DNA of 64,000 bases from an uncultured virus (IMG/VR IMGVR_UViG_3300042386_000493) (Duplodnaviria > Heunggongvirae > Uroviricota > Caudoviricetes). The translations under genes were made by a program, and so were the position numbers. Below the pieces are notes generated by a model that made no database searches, had not been told where the DNA came from, and saw only the letters and a program-made list of their open reading frames with translations. Position 1 is the stretch's first letter. Each line of letters begins with the position of its first letter. The stretch lies in the IMG/VR virus record IMGVR_UViG_3300042386_000493. The stretch is one strand, 5' to 3'. This document shows, piece by piece, positions 18,317 through 28,656 of the stretch.

Positions 18317-18503
18317 AATCGAATACACAATACAAGTCAGGGTCTACCAAGAGGTAGAACTATCCGACCAAGAGTTTATGGACATCAAAACGTCCCGCAA
18401 GGTCTACGAAAACACCGACCTATACAACCGAATCACCGAACAAGTGAAGATTGGTCAAATAGAGTGGTGGGGAGATATTGAACAACTAAAAATTGATAAG
18501 TAA
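18306..18503 (+). CDS. Hypothetical protein
   Basis: ORF track. Confidence 0.65.
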   Translation: MKARIEYTIQVRVYQEVELSDQEFMDIKTSRKVYENTDLYNRITEQVKIGQIEWWGDIEQLKIDK

Positions 18504-18745
18504 TGAAAGACGAAATCCTTAAAGAGCTGGCAAAACTTGTAGCTTATAAACTACACTCCGACCCTTCAACCCTCCTAGATATATTCATTGGAGAAGAATT
18601 GTTTGTGGTAGAGTTATATGATTATAAGTCAATATACGACGCAGAGGTTAAGTCTATTAGTTGGACGGACGAGCAATTTGCGGAGTACGAAGACCTTGAC
18701 TTTTTTGATGATTTACTTCAAGAAGAATTATACCTACAAAGATGA
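18503..18745 (+). CDS. Highly acidic small protein
   Basis: Asp/Glu-rich 80 aa. Confidence 0.65.
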   Translation: MKDEILKELAKLVAYKLHSDPSTLLDIFIGEELFVVELYDYKSIYDAEVKSISWTDEQFAEYEDLDFFDDLLQEELYLQR

Positions 18746-19050
18746 ACTTACAACCCATCCGTTACTACCTACAAAACGAGGTTTCCAAATCTACCTTAGA
18801 CTTTGCTGACGCAAGGAAAGGCAAGTTAATTCACTTCTTTTACTTAGAAGGAGAGAACTATGCTTTATTTGTGGATGACAAGGGAGAGGTGAGGGAAACG
18901 CTGGCGGGATTTATTAAAGTAATTGGGGATGACACCAAGAGAACTTTAGCCCAAGCCGCAGAAAATATTAAAAACTTAAAAGAATACTACGTGCCGCAAT
19001 CACTACATTTGCAGTTCGAGAAGGACGTGGATAAAATCAAAGAACTATGA
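18742..19050 (+). CDS. Hypothetical protein
   Basis: ORF track. Confidence 0.65.
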   Translation: MNLQPIRYYLQNEVSKSTLDFADARKGKLIHFFYLEGENYALFVDDKGEVRETLAGFIKVIGDDTKRTLAQAAENIKNLKEYYVPQSLHLQFEKDVDKIKEL

Positions 19051-19406
19051 CAATACCCCACAAATACATTTACATAGCACTAGGAGTTATTATTTTGTTC
19101 CTAGTGGGCTATCTTGCTTTTAAGGAGCATAACTCCCCATACGGGCAAATACAAAAACAAAACGCTGAACTGCTCAAAGAGGTAGACAAGATAGAACGCT
19201 TAGTACACGACCTAGGAGTGGAAAGGAAGTTAAGAACCGACACTATCCGAGAGATAGAAACCCGATTAAAAATTAACGAAAAATCATACTACAATGAAAT
19301 TGCTTATATTCTTAGCGCTGATTATCGCACTACCGATTCAGTCTATTGGGTCAACTCCCGTAGATTCGATTCCTCCTTCTACGCGGGACAGTTTAATCCG
19401 AGGTAA
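19047..19406 (+). CDS. Putative i-spanin (Rz-like)
   Basis: N-terminal TM followed by coiled coil; overlaps the next ORF by 113 nt. Confidence 0.55.
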   Translation: MTIPHKYIYIALGVIILFLVGYLAFKEHNSPYGQIQKQNAELLKEVDKIERLVHDLGVERKLRTDTIREIETRLKINEKSYYNEIAYILSADYRTTDSVYWVNSRRFDSSFYAGQFNPR

Positions 19407-19731
19407 CGAGAAACAACGTTTTAACCTAGCCTACACATCGCTTCTCTATTGGTGGCAATACGCCATTGAGCAAGAGAAGATTATTATTCAACAAGACAGT
19501 ATCATTAAAACGTATGAGACGGAGACAGGTCTTCAAGCGAATAGCGTAGAGGCTTTGAAAGAAGTAATCCGTAACAACGAGATGATAGATGATAGCGTGT
19601 GTGAGGATAAGGTGAATAAAGCGGTAGAGAAGAGTGATAGAAGAAAGAAAAGCTGGAGAACTACGGCTATTGTAGTCGGTGGAGTAGCGGTTGTGGAGGG
19701 AGTGTTAATCTACATTATTAGCGTTTTTTAG
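19294..19731 (+). CDS. Putative second spanin subunit (signal peptide, coiled coil, C-terminal hydrophobic segment)
   Basis: MKLLIFLALIIALP... N-terminus; TAIVVGGVAVVEGVLIYIISVF C-terminus; Rz/Rz1-like overlap. Confidence 0.5.
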   Translation: MKLLIFLALIIALPIQSIGSTPVDSIPPSTRDSLIRGNEKQRFNLAYTSLLYWWQYAIEQEKIIIQQDSIIKTYETETGLQANSVEALKEVIRNNEMIDDSVCEDKVNKAVEKSDRRKKSWRTTAIVVGGVAVVEGVLIYIISVF

Positions 19732-19754
19732 CTTTTTCCTTTTACTAGAATAGA

Positions 19755-19762
19755 TACATTTG
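19755..19762 (+). promoter_or_regulatory. -7 element TACATTTG
   Basis: TAnnTTTG upstream of ATG 19786. Confidence 0.6.
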
Positions 19763-19785
19763 TCTAAACAATAACAAACAACACA

Positions 19786-20025
19786 ATGATTAAAGTAGAA
19801 CAAAAACCTATTAAAACAATTCAGTATTTTGAAGGCACAGCAGCCCTAGACCAAAACTACACTTTTACGATTGTAAAGTCTATCAACGGCACTCAAAAAT
19901 ACACCGTAGAAAATATCCAACCCGAACCAGCAAACGTAGATGTTCTTGAAATGATTGAGAAAACAGTTCAGAATTATGCTTTGAGAGAAGGCGTTGGTGT
20001 TACAAACATTAACACAGAACAATAA
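19786..20025 (+). CDS. Hypothetical protein
   Basis: ORF track. Confidence 0.7.
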   Translation: MIKVEQKPIKTIQYFEGTAALDQNYTFTIVKSINGTQKYTVENIQPEPANVDVLEMIEKTVQNYALREGVGVTNINTEQ

Positions 20026-20384
20026 TGAAACAAGAAGAAAAAACACCTTTGCTTATTACGGCAATCCTACACGGGTTCTGCATCATTAACGCCGCAGACG
20101 AACTAGGTAACGACTACATTAAGCAAGAAACAAAGCAATCGCTTAACCGTTTTATCCAAACCTTTATGAAGGCGCACAAAGAACAAATTGCTTCAATGTT
20201 CAACACCCAAACCGACCATAGCGAGCATAGAGGCGACGCCTTGATTGAGGGGCAAACTATCGTAGAGATTTTAGGTAAGCAAATTGGTAGTATGCCATAC
20301 CACACATATCCTGACCTTATCAATTTGATTGAGGGATATAAGAACGGAACTGTTGTGCTAGAAAAAGACTTTGAAAAGAAATGA
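20025..20384 (+). CDS. Hypothetical protein
   Basis: ORF track. Confidence 0.7.
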   Translation: MKQEEKTPLLITAILHGFCIINAADELGNDYIKQETKQSLNRFIQTFMKAHKEQIASMFNTQTDHSEHRGDALIEGQTIVEILGKQIGSMPYHTYPDLINLIEGYKNGTVVLEKDFEKK

Positions 20385-21226
20385 AAATCCACATCCTATC
20401 TTGCATTTGGAGACGCCCCCAAGTCACCGAACTATTCCTAGCTGGCATTAGAAGATTACAAAGCGACTTTGATGTTAGCGGTACTATCGTAGTATCAACT
20501 GACGAAGATATGGCTTTAGTGACCTCTCTATTGCCTTCTAACTTTGAGGTAATCTCTTATCCCAATAACCCTTTATCAAATAAGTTCAACCAAGGGTTAT
20601 TTCACGCTATGAAGTCGAATTGGGACGGATTGCTTATTATGGGGTCGGACGACCTTCTATCTAACGAGGGGCTTTTACTACTAATTAGTTCTAACAAACC
20701 GTACGTGGGTTTCGGAGATATTCACTTCTTTAGCACAGAAACTAGAGAGTGGAGATACTTCAATCACGATAGCACTAGACTTATTGGTGCTGGACGATTG
20801 ATTAGAAGAGAAGTGTTAAACCTTCTTTGCAACCGCGTTACTTGCTATTTTAGAAAAGATAGAGATATTGCGGGGGTAACGTACAAGGCTAGAGAACCTT
20901 TTGAAACGACTTTTGACGTAGCTAAGTACTACGAGGGAATGGACTACGTAAGAGATATTTCCCGTCCTCGTAACAAAGGACTTTGGGAAAATGGGTTGGA
21001 GAAAGGATTAGATAATTCGTCGGAACTTCATTTAGCAATGTTGGGATTTGCGCCATTTAAAATTAAGGACGAGAAGGTACATTTGATTGACGTGAAAACA
21101 AATCAAAATGTAACTAACTGGAACAAGTTTGCTGATTGTAGAGAAGGGTATAAGCCAACTTGGTTTATGAGTGAGGAGGAGATTAATTTGTTAAACCACA
21201 TTAAATTTGACCAAGATGAAGCCTAG
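20381..21226 (+). CDS. GT-A fold glycosyltransferase (GT2-like)
   Basis: IHILSCIWRRP, LSNKFNQG, LLIMGSDDLL (DxD-like), GAGRLI, GLD. Confidence 0.7.
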   Translation: MKIHILSCIWRRPQVTELFLAGIRRLQSDFDVSGTIVVSTDEDMALVTSLLPSNFEVISYPNNPLSNKFNQGLFHAMKSNWDGLLIMGSDDLLSNEGLLLLISSNKPYVGFGDIHFFSTETREWRYFNHDSTRLIGAGRLIRREVLNLLCNRVTCYFRKDRDIAGVTYKAREPFETTFDVAKYYEGMDYVRDISRPRNKGLWENGLEKGLDNSSELHLAMLGFAPFKIKDEKVHLIDVKTNQNVTNWNKFADCREGYKPTWFMSEEEINLLNHIKFDQDEA

Positions 21227-21364
21227 ACACTTACCTACTAAAAACACTCGAACACGAGATTTGAGAAATTATCAGCTAACGCCTAAAGACGCTTTTATTG
21301 CTATGCTAGAGCGTGACGAAAACGAAGTGCGGAAACAAATTGAATTGGAAGAAACTAAATGGGA

Positions 21365-21907
21365 TTAATTCCAGTATCGGCTAACTTGATAAATAGAAGT
21401 CTTTAACCTTTTTTTCTTAAACACCCCGTCCCTACCTGTTGAAGTTTCGCGGGTATCGGCTTGGCTCGTATTGCCCTCAATAGTTTCAACCCATTTATTT
21501 CCCCAAGCGGTTAGTATTCCTGTATGACCCACCCGCTTTAGGTTTGGATAATACAACGTAAAAACGTCCCCTCCTACGGGAGTTACATTGTTCTTAGCGG
21601 GATAACGTCTATCGTATATGCGGTTATTTGCAGTAGCAGAAGCCGACCACGCAGTAACCTTGTTAGGTATCTTACACTCGTCGAGTATGAATTTTACAAA
21701 GCAGCTACACCACGCAGCGGGAGTAGTTATACCCGCGTTTAGCAAGTATTCAGTCACTCTCTTCCCTTTATTGTTACCTCCCTCTTCTCTAATACCAACT
21801 TCCTTTTCAGCGTTCTTAATTATACATTCGCGCTTCGTCATCTTGCAAGTGTCGCAAGTGAATGAGGTTAATGAGATTAGGAGGATTAGGGCTAGTAGTT
21901 TCTTCAT
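21365..21907 (-). CDS. CHAP-domain endolysin with N-terminal signal sequence
   Basis: Start revised to ATG 21907 (MKKLLALILLISLTSFTC); AWCSCFV, GHTGI, TIEGNT. Confidence 0.85.
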   Translation of the reverse strand: MKKLLALILLISLTSFTCDTCKMTKRECIIKNAEKEVGIREEGGNNKGKRVTEYLLNAGITTPAAWCSCFVKFILDECKIPNKVTAWSASATANNRIYDRRYPAKNNVTPVGGDVFTLYYPNLKRVGHTGILTAWGNKWVETIEGNTSQADTRETSTGRDGVFKKKRLKTSIYQVSRYWN

Positions 21908-22239
21908 ATAATCGCTAAGATAATTAGTCCAAACGCTCCTAGATACAAGCAAAGCAATTTGAAGTAATCTTGGGGCATCTTTCCATTACCATCCAACCAA
22001 GTCTTATACTCATTGAATACACTCGGTTGATTGAACTTAATCGCCCCGTGAGCAAGAGCATTACCACTTAGAATAGTGATAGCCGCCATTACAATAGTCT
22101 GCACCCAGTCATCTTGATAAATAGCGTTGGTGCTATCCATCCACAACAATACTTTTTGCAAAAAAACAAGTCCTAGAATAGCTATTGGAATAGCAAATAT
22201 TTCGGGGTATAGGCGGACAATTTTGAATAGTTTTTTCAT
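21904..22239 (-). CDS. Three-TM membrane protein, holin candidate
   Basis: Hydrophobic segments; adjacent to the endolysin. Confidence 0.6.
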   Translation of the reverse strand: MKKLFKIVRLYPEIFAIPIAILGLVFLQKVLLWMDSTNAIYQDDWVQTIVMAAITILSGNALAHGAIKFNQPSVFNEYKTWLDGNGKMPQDYFKLLCLYLGAFGLIILAII

Positions 22240-22475
22240 TTCTTGTATCGTTTTTTAATGTTATCAATCAGCCTTAGTACCATAACTATAAAACCAGCGA
22301 TAGCAGTCAAACAACCAAATATAACTGATACAAATTTTACCCACTCTTGCATATCAGGCACATAAGCGGGTAGTGATAATATAACCCAAGCTGTTATCCA
22401 CTTTCCAAACACCACTACATCGTCTTGATTACTATCAAAAACCCCCGCAAAGTGCATAAATATGTTTCTAATCAT
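22236..22475 (-). CDS. Two-TM membrane protein, holin/antiholin candidate
   Basis: Two hydrophobic stretches and a basic C-terminus; promoter TATTTTTG at 22493-22500. Confidence 0.6.
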   Translation of the reverse strand: MIRNIFMHFAGVFDSNQDDVVVFGKWITAWVILSLPAYVPDMQEWVKFVSVIFGCLTAIAGFIVMVLRLIDNIKKRYKK

Positions 22476-22533
22476 TGTAATTAACGTTTACGCAAAAATA
22501 CATTAAAATTCTCTTATTTTAGTTATTAAAACT

Positions 22534-25500
22534 TTATCTTTTAAACTCTTGCAACTTACTCTTATACTCCTCTTGAACCTTCCACATTCTAGTAGGTATA
22601 TCATAACCTCTTGTCTTACAAAACTCTTGGAAAGCCGCATCAGTAGCGATTGAATTTAATAGTGTCAACTCTTTCGCAATAGCTTTAGGAATTTCATTCT
22701 CCTCTAAAATGTTTATCATTTCCGATTGAATCTTAATTCTATCACTACTAACTGTTAAGTCCAGCTCTTGTCCTTTAAGACTCAAACGTGCCGTTGCTTC
22801 TTTCTTAAGATTATCGTAAGTTGCCGTACCTACCTTGGGTAAATTAACGTCTTTAGGCGCTCTTTTTTCGGGATTAGACTTGTAGTAAGCCTCTAATAAA
22901 GTGCCGTATTTAACCGCTTTAGCATAACTAAAATCGTAGTATTCTTCCTCCGTCATAGTTCTGCCTTTCCCATCATTGCCGATAACCGTTAAATTAGGGT
23001 CTAGCACCGAAGGGGTGTTTAAAGACGGCTTGTATTTATTTTGAAACAAATCTATTTCATCAGCACCATCTTTCTTTGACATCGATTTAACAAAACCTCT
23101 TGTGCTATTTGCATAAACGTCTGCTTGGTCAAACGAACGCCCTCTATAATCAAAAGCCTTTCTATCTACCATAAACGACATAATACCACTTTGCTTGTAT
23201 AGCTGCTCTTTAAGACCGATAGGGTTCTTTGCTTCCGAATTAGCCATATCTACACCTTGTCTAAAAAAGCCTGTTGCTGGTACAATAGCGCGGGTTGAAA
23301 ATTCCGCAATAGTTCTATTCCAATACTTGCTAGACTGTACGGAGTTTTCGGTAGCCAACGACCTGTAAAGACTTTGCATACCTCTTAGGTATTCATCATC
23401 TAAAATACCAACCATTACACGTTCTCCAATAGTCATTACCGCATTGTCAGCGTCTTGGGCTTTAACTGCGGTTAACCTTTTTTGCTCACGCTTCCAGTCC
23501 TCATACACCCCTAATAAAATTAGGTTTAAGTCCATCGTGTTTGTAGCTTGGAATGGTATAGTATAACCATTGATAGTTATTGAGTTTGAAGGTCTAATGG
23601 TTCTCTCAACTTGGTTGTCCCTCCAATCGGTAGTGCCTTGCGCGGTTATAGCCTTTCCGCTTTCTTCGTCGTCGTCAGCCCAACTGTAAAGAAGTGCCGC
23701 TATTAATCCTCCAATAGCTGCTCTCCAAGCGTATTCGCCAGCTCTTCTATAAGCTAGGTCTTTTTGCATTTGAGTCTCACTAAGAAGCCCTTTACCCACA
23801 TAAGCAAGTGATTTAACCGCACCGTATGGAGCAATTAACTCTAATCGTTTCTCTAGGATATTCGTGATACCTTTTAAGAACGGAAGTGTTTGAAGGAAGA
23901 TAATGTCATTGACAACTTTTGCCGAAGACTTAGCTATTTCTGCGGCTCTAGGGTTAGTTTTCTCCAACTTCATTGCCGCCAAGTTTACCGCTTGCGGTAA
24001 AGTCTTTTTAAGTTGAAGCAATCCAAAGTAAAGAATCCCGCTAATTCCCGCGTCAGGGGCTTTAAAGGTGTATCTATTAGCAAAGTAAGCGCCTTCTTTA
24101 ATAGCTTCTTTCTCTCTAGTTTGAGTTACAATCTCCTGAACGCGACGGTTAAATCTAAATCTATCCGCTTTAGAATCAGTTAACTCAATATCTCTATCCT
24201 TAAATTCTTTTGTCGCTTCTATTTCCGCTTCTTCGATTTGCTTCACATACATTATTTCGTATGCACGTTTAGCGGCTTCTGAATTGCTTAAAGTAGGGTC
24301 GTTTCGTTTTACTTGTTGCTTAATGAAGTCATACTCTCCAACTTCTTTTAACACCGAACCGTTGAGTGCGTCTGCGGCAGAAATAAGTCTACTTAACACT
24401 TTCTCTAAGTTCATTCCCGCAAGTCTAGGGTAATATATAGCCTTTCCAAGTGCGGTCATTCTAGGGTTTAACTTCTTGTGTTCGATATAACGAATACGAG
24501 GCGTACCCTCTTTTGTTTCGGTTGTTTCGCTAAACGCAGAGCCTAAGTCAACCCCACCGTTCCATAGAATATCTAGAAAATTAGCGGCAGCTTGTCCCGT
24601 AGATTTTCTTACTACCCTTAAAATCTCTTTATCTCCCTTGCCTTGCACTAACGCTAGGTTATTTACAAGCACCTTGTACGTTACCATATTCAAAGCTGTA
24701 AACACACCTAAAGCATTCTTTAAGATAGTAATGCCACCAGTTAATATTCTAGCCAACATACGCTCTACCGTTGCTTTCCAAAGGTGCATATAGTCCTTCT
24801 TGTCGAGGAAGTACAATAGCTTTTCTTCTAGGTACTCTCTTTCTGCGCCCATTGGCGAACGGTCAATCGCTTTAAGCATTGCTTCGATATACTCTTCATC
24901 CTCTAGCGTTATTTGCTTTAAGCCTATTTCTTCCGCCAGCTCATTACGTACATCTTCTTTGGTCAATGCACCCGTATTGTACATTTCAATTAACTTCTCT
25001 ACCCTTGTTTTTCTTCTAGCACGATTGAAGTTACCTCTTTTACGAGCAATAGTATTTACCGTTGCCTGTACGGCTCTTATCTTTTTATCGTTTACCGTAG
25101 CAAAGAACATATCTCTAAGTAACGGCTCTTGAATGGCGTAATCGGACGGTGATAGCGTTGCCTTGATAATCGCGTCTACTTTAGCCCACGCCGCATCGGG
25201 TGTTTTAGCGCCCTTTACCACGCTTTCCCAATCCACTACTTTTACAGTATTTCCTTTGACTACTTTCTCCTTAAAATAACCCGCGTCAATCATTGCCTTA
25301 TTAATCGACTTAAGAATTTCCGTAGGTTTCAGCGCCTTCTCTTGTTGCTTACCTTGTAGATATGCTTCGGCTTGTTTAGAGAATTTATCGGTATTATATA
25401 AAGCGTCTAATTCTGCGGCTTTCTCTCTAACGTTTTCCTCTTTTGTTTTACGGGCTTGTGCGTCCTTGATAGGTTGAGAAAGTAAACGACCAAAGGCGCT

Positions 25501-28500
25501 TGCTTTCGACTTTTTATCTTGCGCTTTTAGATAGTTTTCTACCGCATCAATATATGCGCTTCCGCCAATTTTAGCATCCAATTCATTTGCCGCCGCCCTT
25601 AATCTATCCTCTCTTTTAACGGGAGTTTTATTTGTAGGTTGTTTTGCTTGAAGTTGTTTTTCTAATTTTTCAACGTCCGAAATTAGTTTATTTTGTTCGG
25701 CTACTTTTGCTTTATTGGCAAAGTAATCGTCAACAAGTTTAGTATTTTCGGTTGTTCCTAACTCTTGGTCTAATCGAGCCGCTTCTTCACGTAGTTTTTG
25801 CTCTCTAGTTCGATTGTCAGTTGTTGGCTTTTTAGCGCGGTCTTGTAGGCTTTTTTCTAACTTGGCAACATCACTAGCAAGTTTACTTGTTTTTGCTTGG
25901 TCTAACTTTCTACTAAAATAGTCATTAACCATTTCAGTAAATTCAGTTGTATTTTTTTCAGCATCTAATCTAGAAGCCTCCTCTTTTAACCTTTCTTCCC
26001 TTGTTCTGGCATCTGTCTTAGGTTTATTTACTCTTTCTTCAAATTCTTTTTCAAACTTTGCTATATCACTAGCTAATTTATCATTCTTAGCTTGCTCTAA
26101 CTTTTCTTTAAAGTAATCATTTACTGCTTTAGTGTACTCGGTAGTTTCCTTTTCGGCATCTAGTCTAGCGGCTTCTTCACGTAACTTCTCTTCTCTAGTT
26201 CTATTATCTACTTTAGGCTTCTTCTCTCTTTCCTCAAACGCCTTTTCAAATCGTGCAATATCACGCTCTAATTTTTCTTCTTTAGCATCTTCTTCGCTTA
26301 TTCCAAAATACTCGTTAGCAGCATTACTGAAAGAGTCTGTTCCTAGAGAAGCATCTAAATCATCAGCTAACTCTTGAATCTTTTGCTTTCTAGTTTTATC
26401 GTCTTTTACTACTGGTAGTTGCTCTGAAAGGAATTTGCCAAACTTATTTATTTTAGAAGAAATTTCAGCGTTTCTTTTCTTATCCTCAATCTCTCGTTCT
26501 AACGCTTCAATCTTAGTTAAAGTCTCTAAAACCTCTTCATCGGTATTGAAGCCTTCCGCTCCATTTTCTACACTTTTATCTCTTAGATTAGAATACAAAT
26601 CGCCATACGTTTCTTGGTACTGACCACCCGTATTTTTACGCATCCAATCGTAGAAGTCTTGAAAAGAACGAACACCCTCTTGAACACCGTAAGCCCCAAT
26701 AACCCCTAGTTTCTTGTAAAGAACAGGGTCTAAAAACGGATTAGCACTAAGACGGACGGGGAGTTTTAACGCTTCCTTAAAGTCCTCTTTGCTAACACCA
26801 AAGTTTACACGCTTTCCTTTTGGCTTAGATATAGAAACAGTATTACCCGTTTTCTTTCCTTTAAGACCCTCCAGCTCTTTCTCTAAACGCTTAATCTCTT
26901 CTTGTTGCGCGTCAATAGTTTTAGCTTGGGTTTCTTCATTAAACACTTCTCCTAACGCTTCGTGAGTAGCTGTCGGGTCGTTGAGTACATCAACTATCTT
27001 TTGTGCGTTCTTGTCTGCGTTTTTAGCAAACAAGTCATTACGCTTTTTAACTGCTTTTCTAGCCTCTAGGATAACCGCTAGAGGTGACTTGTAGTAAATG
27101 TTGCGAACATAACTAATACCTCGACCAAAATCTCTTAAAGTATTGTCAAGTTTATTCGCCATTTCTATTTGCTTCTCCGCCCAATTCTCTTTATCTGCCC
27201 TAGTTTTTGCTTTCTCTTGATTTAACTTGTATGTGTTTATTGCCTGACCATACACGTACACCTTGATAACTGGCAAAACATTATTACTTTCTACATACTC
27301 TAAAGCCTTTTCTAAGCCCCCTAATTGCTCTATAATGGCATTACCCATAGCAATTACCTCGTCGTCGTGAAGTACGTTGTAAAACTCTCCTAATTCGCTA
27401 TTAATCTTTTCTTTTACATCTTCACTAAGGGTAGAATTGTTTAAAGCATCAATAACCGCTTTAAGTCTTTTTTCCGAAGGTGCTTTCTCTCCCGAATGAA
27501 TGTTTGGTGTTTCAGGTGTGATAGGAGTATTGAAGTCCATAAACACGTACTCTAGGAACTCATCAAAAGTTACCCCTTTCTCCTTCTCTACCACCTCACG
27601 AATAGCCGCGTACTTTTCACCTAGCAAGACTTCGGAGATATCTTCCATTGACATTCCTTTGTCTAGCAACTCTCCAATTTTAGACACAACTTTCGAAGAT
27701 ACCGTATTGGTAAGTTGAGGCATAATTTGACCGTCAGCTATCTTAACCCCCGTTTCCGCTTTCAATACCGCACCTACTCTTAAAGCACTTGCAAATTGTT
27801 TAGCAAAAGCCATTACGTCCGCGTCGGTGTTTAACGGTTGGGTAAGTTCTATCCCTAAAGAAGATAGGATAGATTTAAAGAAGTCCGCAATATCATTCCA
27901 TATAGTTTGACCTACTAGGTTTTTATGTTTGCCTATTGCTACGTTAGAAAGGAACTCACATACAATCTCAATATCTTTCTCCGCTTGGGTATAAGGCGCT
28001 AGATAATTACTATCCACCCACTCACCATACGTTTGTCCGTTAGGAGTTTGAACGTTTCTTAGTTTAGAAGCAAACGCGGTTGCAAGTTCGGGACGGGCAA
28101 GTATAACCGCCGCAATAACAGGGTGAGCCGCCTCGTGCGTTAGTGTGTTTGCGCCAGCCATTAAGCGATTAACTACGATTGAATCGGTAGATGCATCGTA
28201 AAAAGCCGCACTATTTTTAGCGTCCCTTTCATTCATTCCCGACTCCATTGCTTTCTTTTCGTAATCTTTGTGACCAAGCACGGTGATAGAAAGGTTTGGT
28301 GCTATTTTAGAAAGGGCTTTAACTACTTTCTTTACATTGCCTCTCATTGCCCTGAAAGGATATGTGTCAGTAATTTGCGCCTTTGGTGATAGGTCGGAAA
28401 GTAAATCGTCAAAAGAGGACTCAATTACTTCTTTTGAAGTAGCCGTTTTTTCAAACTCTTTAAGTTGCTTTTCAGCTTCTTTTCTTAATTCTTTTGCGGT

Positions 28501-28656
28501 TGGCTCTAGTTCTTCCTCCTCTTTAATAACTTTAGGGGTAAACAAGTCTATGACGGTAGCGGTATTCGCTTCATTACCCATCAATTTCTGCGTCAATAAA
28601 GCCTTAAACTCTTTCTCGGAGTATTCCTTACCCTTGTATGTGTAGACACAAGCCAT
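22534..28656 (-). CDS. Giant internal virion/ejection protein with zincin metallopeptidase motif and helical tandem repeats
   Basis: 2040 aa; THEAAH at 28123-28137 with downstream EIVCE; ~65-aa repeats; located after the tail genes. Confidence 0.75.
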   Translation of the reverse strand: MACVYTYKGKEYSEKEFKALLTQKLMGNEANTATVIDLFTPKVIKEEEELEPTAKELRKEAEKQLKEFEKTATSKEVIESSFDDLLSDLSPKAQITDTYPFRAMRGNVKKVVKALSKIAPNLSITVLGHKDYEKKAMESGMNERDAKNSAAFYDASTDSIVVNRLMAGANTLTHEAAHPVIAAVILARPELATAFASKLRNVQTPNGQTYGEWVDSNYLAPYTQAEKDIEIVCEFLSNVAIGKHKNLVGQTIWNDIADFFKSILSSLGIELTQPLNTDADVMAFAKQFASALRVGAVLKAETGVKIADGQIMPQLTNTVSSKVVSKIGELLDKGMSMEDISEVLLGEKYAAIREVVEKEKGVTFDEFLEYVFMDFNTPITPETPNIHSGEKAPSEKRLKAVIDALNNSTLSEDVKEKINSELGEFYNVLHDDEVIAMGNAIIEQLGGLEKALEYVESNNVLPVIKVYVYGQAINTYKLNQEKAKTRADKENWAEKQIEMANKLDNTLRDFGRGISYVRNIYYKSPLAVILEARKAVKKRNDLFAKNADKNAQKIVDVLNDPTATHEALGEVFNEETQAKTIDAQQEEIKRLEKELEGLKGKKTGNTVSISKPKGKRVNFGVSKEDFKEALKLPVRLSANPFLDPVLYKKLGVIGAYGVQEGVRSFQDFYDWMRKNTGGQYQETYGDLYSNLRDKSVENGAEGFNTDEEVLETLTKIEALEREIEDKKRNAEISSKINKFGKFLSEQLPVVKDDKTRKQKIQELADDLDASLGTDSFSNAANEYFGISEEDAKEEKLERDIARFEKAFEEREKKPKVDNRTREEKLREEAARLDAEKETTEYTKAVNDYFKEKLEQAKNDKLASDIAKFEKEFEERVNKPKTDARTREERLKEEASRLDAEKNTTEFTEMVNDYFSRKLDQAKTSKLASDVAKLEKSLQDRAKKPTTDNRTREQKLREEAARLDQELGTTENTKLVDDYFANKAKVAEQNKLISDVEKLEKQLQAKQPTNKTPVKREDRLRAAANELDAKIGGSAYIDAVENYLKAQDKKSKASAFGRLLSQPIKDAQARKTKEENVREKAAELDALYNTDKFSKQAEAYLQGKQQEKALKPTEILKSINKAMIDAGYFKEKVVKGNTVKVVDWESVVKGAKTPDAAWAKVDAIIKATLSPSDYAIQEPLLRDMFFATVNDKKIRAVQATVNTIARKRGNFNRARRKTRVEKLIEMYNTGALTKEDVRNELAEEIGLKQITLEDEEYIEAMLKAIDRSPMGAEREYLEEKLLYFLDKKDYMHLWKATVERMLARILTGGITILKNALGVFTALNMVTYKVLVNNLALVQGKGDKEILRVVRKSTGQAAANFLDILWNGGVDLGSAFSETTETKEGTPRIRYIEHKKLNPRMTALGKAIYYPRLAGMNLEKVLSRLISAADALNGSVLKEVGEYDFIKQQVKRNDPTLSNSEAAKRAYEIMYVKQIEEAEIEATKEFKDRDIELTDSKADRFRFNRRVQEIVTQTREKEAIKEGAYFANRYTFKAPDAGISGILYFGLLQLKKTLPQAVNLAAMKLEKTNPRAAEIAKSSAKVVNDIIFLQTLPFLKGITNILEKRLELIAPYGAVKSLAYVGKGLLSETQMQKDLAYRRAGEYAWRAAIGGLIAALLYSWADDDEESGKAITAQGTTDWRDNQVERTIRPSNSITINGYTIPFQATNTMDLNLILLGVYEDWKREQKRLTAVKAQDADNAVMTIGERVMVGILDDEYLRGMQSLYRSLATENSVQSSKYWNRTIAEFSTRAIVPATGFFRQGVDMANSEAKNPIGLKEQLYKQSGIMSFMVDRKAFDYRGRSFDQADVYANSTRGFVKSMSKKDGADEIDLFQNKYKPSLNTPSVLDPNLTVIGNDGKGRTMTEEEYYDFSYAKAVKYGTLLEAYYKSNPEKRAPKDVNLPKVGTATYDNLKKEATARLSLKGQELDLTVSSDRIKIQSEMINILEENEIPKAIAKELTLLNSIATDAAFQEFCKTRGYDIPTRMWKVQEEYKSKLQEFKR

